From: Tubiluchus corallicola
Taxonomy: Eukaryota > Animalia > Priapulida
Direction: 5' to 3'
Length of the DNA: 64,000 nucleotides
Assembly (NCBI GenBank): GCA_030141605.1
Contig: JAQGDQ010000089.1
Span: forward strand, 612,050-676,049
The notes under the pieces were generated by a model. The model did no database searches, was not told the origin of the DNA, and saw only the letters and a program-made list of their open reading frames with translations. Numbering within the stretch: position 1 is the stretch's first letter; each line of letters starts with the position of its first letter. Of this stretch, positions 41,040 through 53,512 are shown piece after piece. The translations under genes were made by a program, and so were the position numbers.

Positions 41040-44000
41040 TTAAGATCTACCTGTTTTAAAATTAAAAAAACGTCAAGTTAATAAGCAAAACCATATAAAC
41101 TGGACAAATGTGAAAATTAAAGAAGAAATAACTTTGTTAAATTTTACGACAACCGAAAAGTTGAGCATCGACAGCAAAGTTCGCACACTCCAGAGGTCGG
41201 CTTTGCTATTAGTGACAGTCTAATAAGTAAAGCTTTGCGAGCAGCAGTCATTTTAAGCTCTTTTGGCATTAATTCGATTCGTTATTGTGATTAAATATTT
41301 TATTAGGTGCGGTGCTTTCCGCATGCGGTATTTCACGGATACGAGATTTATATTCCGGGATGCAGCGGATGCTATATTTCACATTTCATGGATGCTGAAT
41401 CTACGATCACCTTTATTTAGAGTAAAGCTTTTAAATTGTTTATAACAAGAACAACATCTGTTTCATAAGCAGTCCAGTATATAATAAGTTGTATTACATT
41501 TTTGTTACTACGTCCAACGTTTCTACTTCACACTAGAAAAATGTGGTAAAATGCATTATGTGGTGGGATTGTAGAATGTAGACTTGGACTAAACTGGCAT
41601 AGTTAAACACAAGCAGGCTTTACAAATCTGAATTCTACTTAAACTCATTTGCTTCATTGTATTTGGTATTTAGTATTAAACAATACTAAGATTGCAACCA
41701 AAGTTAAGTAATAAGGCTGGTCAGTGAATCGATGGGCGAAACCTGAGTTTACTGTGTATGGCTTCATCTGTCATATTATACATTTTTTCCTTTTTAGGAC
41801 ATCTCCTGGTCATGTTTTCCTGCAGTGTGAGGTTATGGAACTGCCACTCCGAAACAACAGGTCTACCGAGTCAATCCTTTCGATGCCCTGATAGCATTCT
41901 GTTATTCTACCATTCTGCCATGTGCTGTTGTTCGACGAGGTTGGTAAAGTTTCTTGCAACTTTTCATGAGTACCATAATAGTACAATTAATTAATCAACT
42001 TGAAAAATGAAGCATATGGTTGTATTTTTGGTACATGGCCTGAGATGGGGGCGAGGATCTTGTAGCGTTCAACAAACGACCAAAGTTGAGCAACACTGAG
42101 GCTTGTTCGGTAAATGGAAAATTACTTCACTGGTTGTACTTGGGACCGTCTGTATAAAAAACAAATTTGACCAAAAGTAAGAAACTTTGAAAGAAATAAG
42201 GTAGGTTGGCCTAGATTTGAATCAGAAACTTTTGGACTAAAGAAAATAGGGCAAACGAATATTTAGAATTACCACTGATTGATGAAATATTGTATAGGAT
42301 TGTATGGTAGTCAAACCATAGTTTAATTTCAGTTTGCAGTACACCGGTTGGATCCACAGTCAGGTGACTACAGTGACATTGAGACACAGAAGACAGCATA
42401 ACATCCTCGCTTGAAGAATATGTACGCGAGTGCCGTCCAAAGGATACAGGACCACAAGAGGAAGATAAAGATATTAGGATATTAGTGAATGAAAGAGGGT
42501 GGAGAAGTTGATGTTGGATAAAGGTTGTGTTATCCGACCAGTTACACCGCCGTACGAAAATTTGCAAGTAATTTCTGCTGTTTTAAAAAAAATCAGTCTG
42601 TCTGCAAGCTTATTGTAAACCTAAGATAAAAAATATTTTGCCTTGCCGGTAATCGTGCATCACTAATTTCATTTCGTTTGGCTCAGCATTCAAATATACA
42701 TTACTGTAAGCAAACGAAACAACATGTGCACATGAACAAACAATCATAAAGTGCATGAAACGATCACCTATCACTTTTGCATGAGTTACATCATTGCATT
42801 TAATTACGCCTGTAACAATATGGTTATTATGATCATCTTACTATAGAGTAACAGACCTAATTTTAAAAATTTAAAGCAGCAAAGCCAAACCTAAAATTAA
42901 AAGACCAGGAAACTGTTTGTCGCTTGAAATTAGCATTAAATTGTCTTACTGTATGTCTTACTGCACTTGGGATAAAATAGTTCAGAAGTTTTTGCAAATA
43001 AAGCTTTTATACCAGCCAGATTTCAGTTTCTCAAAATTTGATGTAAGAACGTGGGATAGTCTACGGTCCACGTTTGATGCATTCGGTGATTGTGATTTTA
43101 GTCTTGCACGGCGAGTTACACGTTGTAGAAGCTTTTTACTGTTATTTAAATTTTTGCTATCGCTTTTTAACTGCTTTTGTGTTATAATCAGCGAAAGAAG
43201 GTAAATAAGCGCTACAAAAATCGGTGTTTTCTTTTGCCAATATGAACTTTCTTATCTCGTATATTAAAGGAAGCGTATTGCTTATTATACTTGTCAGGTT
43301 GTTACAGTTTTATTTATCAAAGATCTGTCTTTTCAGTGTTGTACTTCTGTGTCAATGACGTATTCTTTAAAATAGCGTACAAGAATTCATAAATCATACT
43401 TTATAAATAATTTCTTTTTATGCTAATTGTTTGATCATTTTAGATACAATTCAGTTATGAGTCACGACGACACTCGGGTGATAGGTGACTGCAGTAGCAC
43501 CAACATCAGAAGAATATACAATACCAAACAGAAGGCGGCACTGCAGAGTAACTTCACGGTAGCAAGTTCTGTTTATGATGGCTGTAGCGAACTTTCCGTT
43601 ACGAAAGAACTTTGAAAAAAGGACAGTAATTGTTCCAAGACAGACTTAAGGTCATGTAAATATTGATAGTAATTATATTATGTTGTCCTAAAAAGACGAA
43701 CCATTAATCTCCCATGTTTTTGCTTTGTTTATAGTATAACATTGTCATTTTTATGATGGCATTATTTTCTTTGGCAAGTATAAGTAAAAGTTTCAGTGCA
43801 AAAATGGCTATAATGTATTTAATAGTAAAGGGAATTAAATACTATTGCCTTGGAGGTATTTACTGTATTTTTTCAAAAGGAATTTTTTATAGAAATAGAT
43901 CGATATTTCTCAGTCGTCTTTATAGGATTCAATTTCTATGTCCATTTAAAATCGTTTCTATTGAATTAGTTGACGAAAAAGTCTTCTGTATAAATCCTGG

Positions 44001-44174
44001 CCGAGTTCCAACTCTTTCATGTTATCTTCCTTTTGGTTGTAATTGGTTTCCAAAGTTTTTGTATTGAGGTCACAATAATAATAATAATTTTGAAAATGAG
44101 ATAACGAATAATATTAAATTTTAATAATAACTTATTTAGTAATTAACAAGTTTATAATAATAAGAAAGTAATGC

Positions 44175-44470
44175 GCGTGAGTGTCAAGTTTTCTGCAAGG
44201 GCTTCACTTTACGATTGAGACTTGCAAACAACACGAAGTCTGTCATTGTAGTTACTCTGTTACTTGAGGAGTTAGGTCACAAGTCATGAAAAGAGGAAAC
44301 CACTGAAGACAGAGTGGTCAAACTTGTTACAAGGTAGATTCCGCCCTGTTGAGGGTGTAAGGTACCAAGCAAGTGTTCTGTGCTTAGAGCCATCTCTAGC
44401 AGTGTGAGGATTGAAGGTCAGCATCTAATTAGGTCAGATCCTAGTGCATTCTGTACTTGGGAATATTTGC
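44175..44470 (-). pseudogene. Decayed coding remnant, inverted paralog of 51710-52000
   Basis: Minus frame *PLCLQWFPLFMTCDLTPQVTE ... LRVVCKSQ..EALAENL aligns with the 51.8 kb copy, with third-position differences. Confidence 0.5.
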
Positions 44471-44477
44471 TGAAGTT

Positions 44478-45005
44478 TTTCTTTCTCTCGGTTTGTTCCC
44501 TTTTCTTCTCTTTCCCTCTCCCTGTCCTGCTTCCTTCTTTCTCTCCTGCTCACACTCTCTCCCTCTGTCTTTCTTCATCTCTCTTTTTCTCTTTCTCTCT
44601 CTCTCTCTCTCTCTTTCTGTCTCAGTCTCCCTCCCTACCCTTCTCTTTCTTCGTGTTCTTCTGCTGTGTTTACCCTCTCTTGGCGACTTTGTACTGCTCT
44701 TTCCATGTTAGTTATTGCGTTTTTTCTCTCTACCCTTGTCTTTCTCGTTTTTCATTTCCCCCTTACTTTATATGCACTTTCTCTCCCACTCTCTCTCTCC
44801 TTTCTCTCTCTCTTTCTCTCTCATTCAGTCACTCACTCACTCTCTCTCTGTGTGTGTTCTCTCTCGCTCTCTCTCTCTCACAGACACTCTCAACATTCCC
44901 TCCGTCTCTCTTTCTCGCTCATTTTCACACAGTCTTGATTGCAGCTGTGTTCTCAGCTTTATTTCTTACTCACTTTCACCGCCATTCTCTCATTCGTTCT
45001 CTCAT
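44478..45005. repeat. CT-rich low-complexity tract
   Basis: Directly visible; source of the 214-aa S/L/F ORF. Confidence 0.9.
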
Positions 45006-45699
45006 TTGCTGGCTTTATCATTGAAAAAAACCCAATTCTCAGTCTTTAGCATGAAACTTTTGTTTTCGTTTTTTTCAGATGGCGTAATTCAGTTAAATTT
45101 TATTAAAAGTGCCAGCATTTAGTTGATCAGGTGCAGGATGAGCTATACCCTGGAAAACAATTCTCTTGGTTTTGTATTAAATCCATTAATTAAAAAATGT
45201 TCTGACATTCACTTAAACTCAAGTCATTTATTGCTGCCTAATTCGCATTTTAGTTAATTTTTGCAATCGGTTAGTGTTTTAACGGTCTTGCACACCGTTG
45301 TTTATAGTCTGTTTTTATTTAAATGTTTCCTGAAAATACAGCATATGCTACATTTAACAGATCTCGACTTAACCTTCTGCTAACAATAATAATTGGTTTT
45401 TTCCATACTAACATATTTGGTAAATTAACAAATTATACTGATCTTTGTAAGTGTGGGCCTGAATAAGCATGTGCTAAAAATACTGTACTTCCAGGAGACA
45501 TTGTAATAAAAACAAAATCGTCTCTTAATTATGATTACTAAAAACACTTTAGCCGCAGAAAAGTTCAAACTTGTCAAAATCAAACAAAGAATGACATTAA
45601 ATAGGTCTTTTTGTTTACGTCGTCAGAATGTTTATTTTTTGTGTAATCAAATCCGAAATCATTATGGATTACATCCCAGGCATTTTTGCTAACTGACTT

Positions 45700-45970
45700 T
45701 TGCTAATAGTAAAATTGCACATGCCATATTAGTATCTTATAGTCAAGGTGCATATGTGTCACATGGTTTAATCCCCTCTGTAATACTGTGGTACATTTTC
45801 ATATGGCAAAGGAATTTGCATGTTGCGATTACTATCTAGCAGGTGGCAGCAGCAGTAACTGCTATCCATTGGTGCGTGGTTTAAAACTTCCTGAAGCTGA
45901 ATTCTAAAGGGTTCGATGTGAAAATGAGTTGGTAATTGGTTAGACAACCCCCGTGTTGAGGAGAACACGT
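45700..45970 (+). pseudogene. Tandem pseudogene copy A (alpha/beta-hydrolase-like)
   Basis: AILVSYSQGAYVSH (45723-45764), then NLHVAITI*QVAAA; DNA homology to copies B and D. Confidence 0.45.
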
Positions 45971-46399
45971 GACATGGAGAAAGTGAAGAGAAATTCCTGC
46001 TTCTTAAATTTTTAGTACTATCCTAAGACGTGGTTATTTGACATGATGGAGTGTAGTTAGATAACTGACAACTAGCTAGGGTAAGAACAGGTCACGTTTA
46101 GAACAGGTGTCACGCCATTAATTGAAGGTTGGTGTAGGGATTCGTCACATTTGCAAAATTGTTTCAATTCTCAATACTGTTTTTTGTGTACAGCTTGCTG
46201 ATTTTTGTCGCATTCAAAGAAATAGGCGTAGTTAATTAAAAACAGAACGATGGCTGATAAAAATATTAAGTTTAATTTGATATAATGGCTGAAAATATTG
46301 TTGGATTTCTATGTTAAAATGCTATGTTTACCTCACAAAGCGCAACATAGTTTTTCTCCAGCACTACATTAATGTATTTAATTTATTTATATTTTATTA

Positions 46400-46922
46400 A
46401 CTGCTTTTATTGTCTCTGCTGTAGGTCTAATTGCTTTTCTGGCAGGCAGAATATTAACATTTGGAACAAACCAGAACAGTTTCCCAATTATAGACTAACT
46501 ACGACGTAACAGTCTTCATGGCCGATACCTACCTATTTAGATCATTTTGTCGCAACGACGCTATGGTCATAATTTTTTTTACATGTTTCAATATGAGCTT
46601 CTCTTGGTTATTCTTATTTAGACTGATTATAATAAATTCTAATGCAGGCCAATACAAGATGGATATATTGTTAGTATGTAACAGTGCATATACGTCGCAC
46701 AGTTTAATCCTCTTTTAACCTGTGGTCCTTTTTCATGATAAACTTTCCGAAGTTCTGTTTTCAGAAGAAAATTTACATGTTATGGTTAGCCTCTGGCAGG
46801 TGGCAGCAGCAGGTAGTGGTATGCATAGTTGAGAAGCTTGGGTAACATTTCAAGCTAAAGGAGCCGACATGAAAAGAGCTGGTAAGACAATTCCTGTGGG
46901 GAAGAAAAGCCCTGCGACATAG
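46400..46922 (+). pseudogene. Tandem pseudogene copy B (most complete)
   Basis: AVGLIAFLAG..NSFPIID / MADTYLFRSFC...ILLVCNSAY...PVVLFHDKLSEVLFSEENLHVMVSLWQVAAAG...FQAKGADMKRAGKT, with stops and one frameshift. Confidence 0.5.
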
Positions 46923-47002
46923 CGAAGGTGATGCGAAATTCCTCACATTCAAATTTTTCAAAAACACGTTGGACTTTTGAAATAACGGGTACATTTTTAG
47001 AC

Positions 47003-47192
47003 ATGATGCTACACAGCCTTGCTACTTGCTCTTACTGTTTGGTAAGTTTGTTAGTTATTTGCTTTTCTGCCAGGCAAGACCATTTGAACAGTTTCCCAAT
47101 TATAGATTATGTCGAAATCACGATCAATGCAGATTGATTTAGAGCATTTTGTACAGCAACTCTCTGCCAAGGTGTGATGCGGTTCAACTCTG
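47003..47192 (+). pseudogene. Tandem pseudogene copy C (5' part, truncated by insertion)
   Basis: ATT(T)GCTTTTCTGCCAGGC (IAFLPG after a 1-nt shift) and NSFPIIDYVEITINAD*FRAFC. Confidence 0.45.
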
Positions 47193-49373
47193 AGGTTCAT
47201 TTGGTAAAAGTGCTGCGCTACATAACAAAAATGCTTCATTATGTAAAAAAATCACAATTTTTCATTAAGTATCAAGTCATTATGTAACTATAACTATGCA
47301 TCAAAAATGATGCATTATGTAACAAACTAAGGTAGAGTTGATCGTGGTCTGTGGATAGGTCTTGTCACCGTCTCGGCTTGTTCTAATTACTAGAATGGGT
47401 TATTGTCTTTCTGTCCTAGAAATTGGTCGCCTGGCTGTGACCTGGTCTGTCTGACCCCTGATCTGTCAGACGTCTGGTCTGTGAGGAGCTTCGTCTGTCT
47501 TGGTGTGGTCTTTCTGGTCTGTCTGTTTGGGGACCTGTCTTCAGAGGTCTCATCTGAAGGTCTCAGGCTGATTTGTCTGAGGTTCTGATCTGTCAAATTT
47601 CTGGTCCGTGGCAGATCTGTATAAATTCCAGTCTTCAGTGGTTTGATCTGCGGTTGGTCTTCACAGGTGTGGTCTGTAGGTGGCGTGCCTTGTCTTGCCT
47701 TCATAAGAGTGATCAATCTGAATTCATGTTTGGGGTTGGTCTGATTTGTCACGGTCTGGGTTTGCCCTGATTACTAGACTTTGTTAGTTTCTTTCTGTTA
47801 TAGAAGTGGGTTGAGTGGCTATGGTTCGGTCTGTCTGGAGTCTAATCTGTCTGATATCTGATTCATATCTGGTGTTGAGTCTTCATACGTCTGATCTGTA
47901 GCTGATCATGTCTGAAATATGATCTTTAGAAGTCTGGTTTGTGGCTAATCTGTCATTGGCCTAGTATTTAGACGTTTGGCCTGCAAATAGTGTGCCTGGC
48001 TGATCTTCATAGGTGAATTCTATCAGAATTTATGCCTGTGGTCTGGGCTTTAGAGGTCTGATCTGTGGTTGGTCGGTGAAGAGCTTTTTATCTTGGTGTA
48101 CTCTTTAGGTGTCTGGACTGTTGCTGGTATGTCTGCGTCTGCTCTTCAGAGGTCTGATCTATCAGAAATCTGGTCTATAGCAGGTTTGTCTGTGGCTGAT
48201 TTGTCTGAGGTTGTGATCTGTCAGATTTCTACTCTGTTGCTGATCTGAATGGACTCAAATCTGCAGTTGATCTGTCTAGAGACTGGCCTTCAGAAATCGG
48301 GTCTGCAGCTGGTGTTCCTGGGTCTGGTTTGAAGCTGGTGTGCCTGGGTCTTCACAAGTGTGATCTGTCACATAATTTATGTTTGTGGTTGGTCTGACTT
48401 GTCACGTTCTAGGGTTGCTCTAATTACTAGAATGGGTTAGTTTCTTTCTGTTATAGAAGTGGGTCAACTGGCTGTGGTTCAGTCTGTCTGGAGTCTGACC
48501 TGTCTGTGGTCTGATTCATGTCTGGTGTCGAGTCTTCAGAAGTCTGATCTGTGAGGTTTGTCTGTCTGAGTGTATTCTATTTGGGTGAAGTCTTCGGATG
48601 TCTGGACTGTTGCCATCTGTCTGCCTGCTCGTTAGAGGTCTGATCTATTAATAATCTGGTCTGTAGCAGGTCTGTCTGGTGACTGTTCTTCAGAGATCAG
48701 GTTTTCAGAAGTCTTCTATAGCTGGTATGTCTGGGGTTTTGTAGTCTTCGGATGTCTGGACTGTTGCCATCTGTCTGCCTGCTCGTTAGAGGTCTGATCT
48801 ATTAATAATCTGGTCTGTAGCAGGTCTGTCTGGTGACTGTTCTTCAGAGATCAGGTTTTCAGAAGTCTTCTATAGCTGGTATGTCTGGGGTTTTGTAGTC
48901 TTCGGATGTCTGTACTGTTGCCATCTGTCTGCCTGCTCGTTAGAGGTCTGATCTATTAATAATCTGGTCTGTAGCAGGTCTGTCTGGTGACTGTTCTTCA
49001 GAGATCAGGTTTTCAGAAGTCTTCTATAGCTGGAATGTCTGGGGTTTTGTAGTCTTCGGATGTCTGGACTGTTGCCATCTGTCTGCCTGCTCGTTAGAGG
49101 TCTGATCTATTAATAATCTGGTCTGTAGCAGGTCTGTCTGGTGACTGTTCTTCAGAGATCAGGTTTTCAGAAGTCTTCTATAGCTGGTATGTCTGTGGTT
49201 TTGTATTCAGAAGTCTGCTATGTATAGGATGAGAAAGACAAGGCCTACCCACAGATTAAGATCAATCCTACATACATTTGCTACATAATTCATAATTCTT
49301 GTTGAATAATACGTTTTTACATAATGATGCAAAATTTGTTAGATAATACAGCTTTTTTTCAAAAAGTGAACCT
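47193..49373. mobile_element. TIR-bounded insertion carrying GGTCT-rich satellite
   Basis: Left AGGTTCATTTGGTAAAAGTGCTG..TAACAAAAATGCTTCATTATGTAAAAA matches the reverse complement of right TTTTTACATAATGATGCAAAATTTGTTA..CAGCTTTTTTTCAAAAAGTGAACCT; CATTATGTAA subterminal repeats. Confidence 0.6.
48589..49204. repeat. 154-bp tandem repeat x4, nearly identical units
   Basis: Unit starts AGTCTTCGGATG at 48589, 48743, 48897 and 49051. Confidence 0.95.
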
Positions 49374-49955
49374 TTACCGTGTTTCTAGTAGACGATCATT
49401 GAACACAGTATTTGCAAACTATAAGTACTGATTTGCTCAAATTATGGTTTTTGTTCTGGTTTTCAAGAACTAACGAAAAACAAGGCCATGATCGATAAGC
49501 TGGTTTAGCTTAATGTGAAACAATGGGTGTATTAATTATTACAATCTTAACGTAACGATAAAAAAACAGATAAAGTTGAAAAAGAGGAAAATGTGGTAAA
49601 GTTTGATAAAGTTGAAAGACAGGAAAATGTGTTGGAAACATCTTCTGCTTATACGAGGCAGAGGCCCTAGCTGCTTTTGAAAGGCGGCCTTGCTGCTTTT
49701 GAAAGCAAGTTTATGATAGGAAATAACAGGTGTATTAAGTATTTATTTCTAGTAGGCTATCTTTGAACACAATATTTGTCTTAAAAATACAGAATGCTTC
49801 TCATATCTACATTGACAAAAACTCGTTAAGCTTAATATGAAATTAAAGGGCGTATTAATTTTATTTGCAGCGTCGGTTTATAACTATCGCTGAATTCGAT
49901 ATTTACGTCGCAAAAAAACTAATTCGATTACTTATTTATCTTTGCAGGAAAATTT

Positions 49956-50450
49956 ATGGCTGTAGCTCTTTGTTTATGTGCTGTAGGACTGCTAATTGTT
50001 TTCTTTGAGCCAGCAGAACATTTAAACAATTGAAACCATTCCACCAGTTTCCCAGTTACAGACAGACTGGTGTCATCGTTGCTGCCAGTACAGATTTATT
50101 CAGTCAGTGCATTTTCTTACATGAAAGTTTGATGCATGTTTCACTATTAGTTTTACTAGCTTAAGTTATTTACACTAATTTAAATTATTTACACTGATTG
50201 CAGTAATGCAGAGGAACAAAACAGCCCATGTTGTTAAGTATCTAATAGCCATTGCACCACTTGGTTTAATCCTCTCGGTAATCCAGTCGCACATTTTCAA
50301 AATGATGATAAAGTGAAAGTTGTTCTAATTACAGAAGAAAATTTACATCTTACAATTGGTGTCTCGCAGGTGGCAGCAACAAGCTAAAGGATTCAATATG
50401 AAAATTAGCTGGTAGCTGGTAAGACAAACTCTGCTGAGGAGAACACAATC
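49956..50450 (+). pseudogene. Tandem pseudogene copy D
   Basis: Acceptor TTTGCAG| at 49947; MAVALCLCAVGLLIVFFEP..., TSFPVTD, VSNSH..WFNPLGNPVAHFQNDDKVKVVLITEENLHLTIGVSQVAA; stops and frameshifts. Confidence 0.5.
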
Positions 50451-51709
50451 AGCGAACACAAATTTCTGATTTTTAACATTTTTCAAACGCATGGTTAAAG
50501 CGTGTGATAATCTGAGATACAGGATACTGGTTTTTTAATAAAGAGAATATTAGGCTAGGCCACCTCTAGAACAGACGTGTCATTAGTAAAGGATGCTGTA
50601 GACATTCAATCACTTTTGCCAAGTGGATTTTCGTTGAAAATAAGCTCGAAGCAATATTTCATATTTGTAGTTGGAACCTAAGGGGTGCAGAATATTTTTG
50701 ACACAGAACGTAAGACTATGGTTTCACCTTGGTACTGAATTTAGCGATAAAAAGGGAGTAAGATTATTTTTAAAAAATGTAATTGCAAAAACTGTTTACT
50801 AATAGGAGGAATCTGCACGTAAAAGTGCTAGCATATATTTTTCTAGCCAAAAATGAAGCACATGTGTAGGCGTAGGTGTTTATTTTCCTTCAATATGTAC
50901 TTCGGTTCCACACAAGAAAAAATGATTCTGGCAGTCATTTTGCAGCTCAGTAAACTTCTTCACACGACATTATAATGTATATATTGCATAGATGGTTTAA
51001 ATACTAAATATTCCGATCATTTTTCAACATTTCAATAATTTGAATATATAGATGTTTTTATTTAAATGCTGCCTGTAAATACAACATATATTTTAACAGC
51101 TTCTCAATTAACCTTGCTACTAGTTTTCCTTCCAAACTAACATGTAGTGTGTTTTACACTGACAAATTGTTCTTATGCGTAGTCCTAACCACCTACTAAT
51201 CCGTTGTATACACAGGAGGCATAGCAATAAAAACAACCTTTTTGCTTAATTATGACTACCAAAAAATTTAGCAAAAAGCTAAGTCGAAATTTAAGAAAAA
51301 GTACAAACTTTGAGTTGCAAGTAATGTAAGTGAAACTGACCTGGCAAACCCTTCCTGAAGCAATTCTTGCTCTTAGGTTCCTGCTGTAAGATTAACAAAT
51401 TTCGGAATTTTGTACTAGTGCAAGATTTCGGGTTTTTTTGTAAGAGAAAAAAGTGTGTGATTCTCTGTCGCTCATGATTCAGACACTACACGGATTTTTT
51501 TTTCAATTAAAATTTTACTATGATTAGGTTACCATGATTAACTTCCAGGAATAGGCTGTGTAGCTGGTTTTTGTTGATATTTTATCAGAAACTTTCCTTC
51601 TATTACATAAACTGAAATTTGGTTTTTCTCATTGATAGTTTGTTAAAACACTCTCTGCTACATCTAACATCTGTGCACTACCTGTATAATGTTTCTAGAA
51701 AAGCTTTGC

Positions 51710-52000
51710 AAATATTTCTCCATCAGTAATACACTTGGATCTTACCGTAGGGTGGAGATACTTCGATCTTTATTCTGCTGAAGTATGGTTCTAGTACAGA
51801 GCTCACTGTTTGGTGCTCTTGCAGTCTCAGGAGGGTTAATCTATCTTGTCTCATCTTTGGCCTGTCTGTCTTCAGTGGTTTCCCCTTTTCACGACCTGCG
51901 ATTAAACTCTTCAAGTAGCAGAGTAACATCGTCTTGTTTGTAAGCCTCAGCCGAAGCTCGAGGAGGCCCTTGCAGAAAACTTGCATTTGAGATTTAAGAA
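51710..52000 (+). pseudogene. Decayed coding remnant, inverted paralog of 44175-44470
   Basis: HLDLTVGWRYFDLYSAEVWF*...HLWPVCLQWFPLFTTCD*TLQVAE*HRLVCKPQPKLEEALAENL. Confidence 0.5.
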
Positions 52001-52269
52001 AGAGCCAGCACTTTTGCTAACCAGAGCTCGCGGCAGGGCCTATAAGATCGTTGTACCGGGTCTGGTACCTAGCTAAAATGATTATGTAATAAAATTAACT
52101 GATATTGTTAAAAACTGCAGCTAGCGATCAATTGTAAGACCCCCAAAGAACCTTCAGACAGTCACAGTTTCGGATCAAAGTTTTGCAGTTTTATTAGATT
52201 AAATTGGAATGTTCTGGTGTGATAAAACATTTCTGACGATGTTACAAACACGAGAGGCAGGAGATGTGA

Positions 52270-52360
52270 AAAAGTGGAACTCGGGCTGGATGTGAACCAA
52301 CTACCTTCTGCTTACATTACGCCGCCTTACCCCGCTAGCTAGCCACTGCGTCTCCCAGTG
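52270..52360 (-). mobile_element. tRNA-derived SINE head
   Basis: Minus strand GTGGCTAGCTAGCGGGGTAAGGC ... GGTTCACATCCAGCCCGAG followed by a T-run. Confidence 0.55.
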
Positions 52361-52944
52361 ATCCCAGCTGTTCAAAATTCATTCTTTAGACTGGTCATCC
52401 AAATTTAGCATTTGCAATGATTTGCTGCTGAGATTTTTTTTTATTTTGTATTGAAAGTGTTTAATTTGTCCTGTCTGCCGATGTAATGTAAAATGAACTG
52501 CACCAGTATTTTTGATCTGCCCTGTCCACTAATCTAATGTATAACATTTTTAAGTTACCATATCCGATTGAAATACGTAATAATATGCCTGTCTGGTGTT
52601 AATATAGCCGTTCTTCTTTCATTACTTGTGGAAAATATAATAAATGTGCTATTTCTGAATAATTAGCATAGCTTATATTTAAAATTAAGTATCTGGTAAG
52701 GTCCTGGTGGTCATCTATGAGAACAACTGACCTCGAAATGTTGATCTTTCACCCCCCCCCCCAAATAAAGCTGCCGAAAGTTAGTGGTCTTGTATAATGT
52801 TAATCGTACTTATATTTGTATTTATTTATAATTGTATTTATATTATATATAAGTACATCGTTAGTGCACAATCTCTGAATAAGATTGGATGGGTCGTTCT
52901 GTTTCCCCCACACTGTTTAATATATATTTTCATCCTTTATTGTT

Positions 52945-53512
52945 TATTTGATTGGAAGCATGTGAGTGAAATAAAGTAACATATTTTCATTCTCCATTGT
53001 TTTCTTTGTTTGCAAATATGATAGGTGTAAAATAAAGTAAAGCATATCTTCATTCTCCATTGTTTGCTTGTTTGTAAAGTATCGTATGTGAATTTTCATT
53101 CCCCAATGTTTACTTGCTTGTAAAGTATGTGTGAAATAAAGCAACACATTATCTGTTTACATTTACCATTGTTTGCTTGCTTGTAAAGTATCGTGTGTGA
53201 AGTAGAGTAACATATTTTCATTCTCCATTGCTTGTAAAGTATGACGTGTGGAATAAAGAGTATATCTTCATTCCCCAATGTTTACTTGCTTGTAAAGTAT
53301 GTGTGAAATAAAGCAACACATTATCTGTTTACATTTACCATTGTTTGCTTGCTTGTAAAGTATCGTGTGTGAAGTAGAGTAACATATTTTCATTCTCCAT
53401 TGCTTGCAAATATGATGTGTGAAATAAAGTAAAGTATATCTTCATTCTCCATTGTTTGCTTGCTTGTGAAGTATCGTGTTTGAATTTTCATTCACCAATG
53501 TTTACTTACTTG
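52945..53512. repeat. Minisatellite, about 50-62 bp monomers with a 172-bp higher-order unit
   Basis: TTCATTC(T/C)CCA(T/A)TG...TTGTAAAGTAT..GTGTGAA repeated; CCCCAATGTTTAC at 53101 and 53273. Confidence 0.9.

Noticed and set aside
44380-45122. Long S/L/F-rich ORFs (also 9005-9496, 29806-30186, 36287-36551)
   Set aside because: Translations of CT microsatellites
47135-47137. In-frame TGA as selenocysteine (also TGA in the BEL-adjacent ORF)
   Set aside because: TAA/TAG stops and frameshifts co-occur and no SECIS was seen; simple decay is sufficient
47051-47239. Minus-strand Cys-rich ORF LAESCCTKCSKSIC, and CCC ORFs at 45768 and 46773
   Set aside because: Antisense shadows of the plus-strand pseudogene array; not conserved as a frame among copies and no signal peptide
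48589-49204. CRISPR-like array (also 52945-53512)
   Set aside because: Whole units repeat with no unique spacers; eukaryotic context; no cas genes
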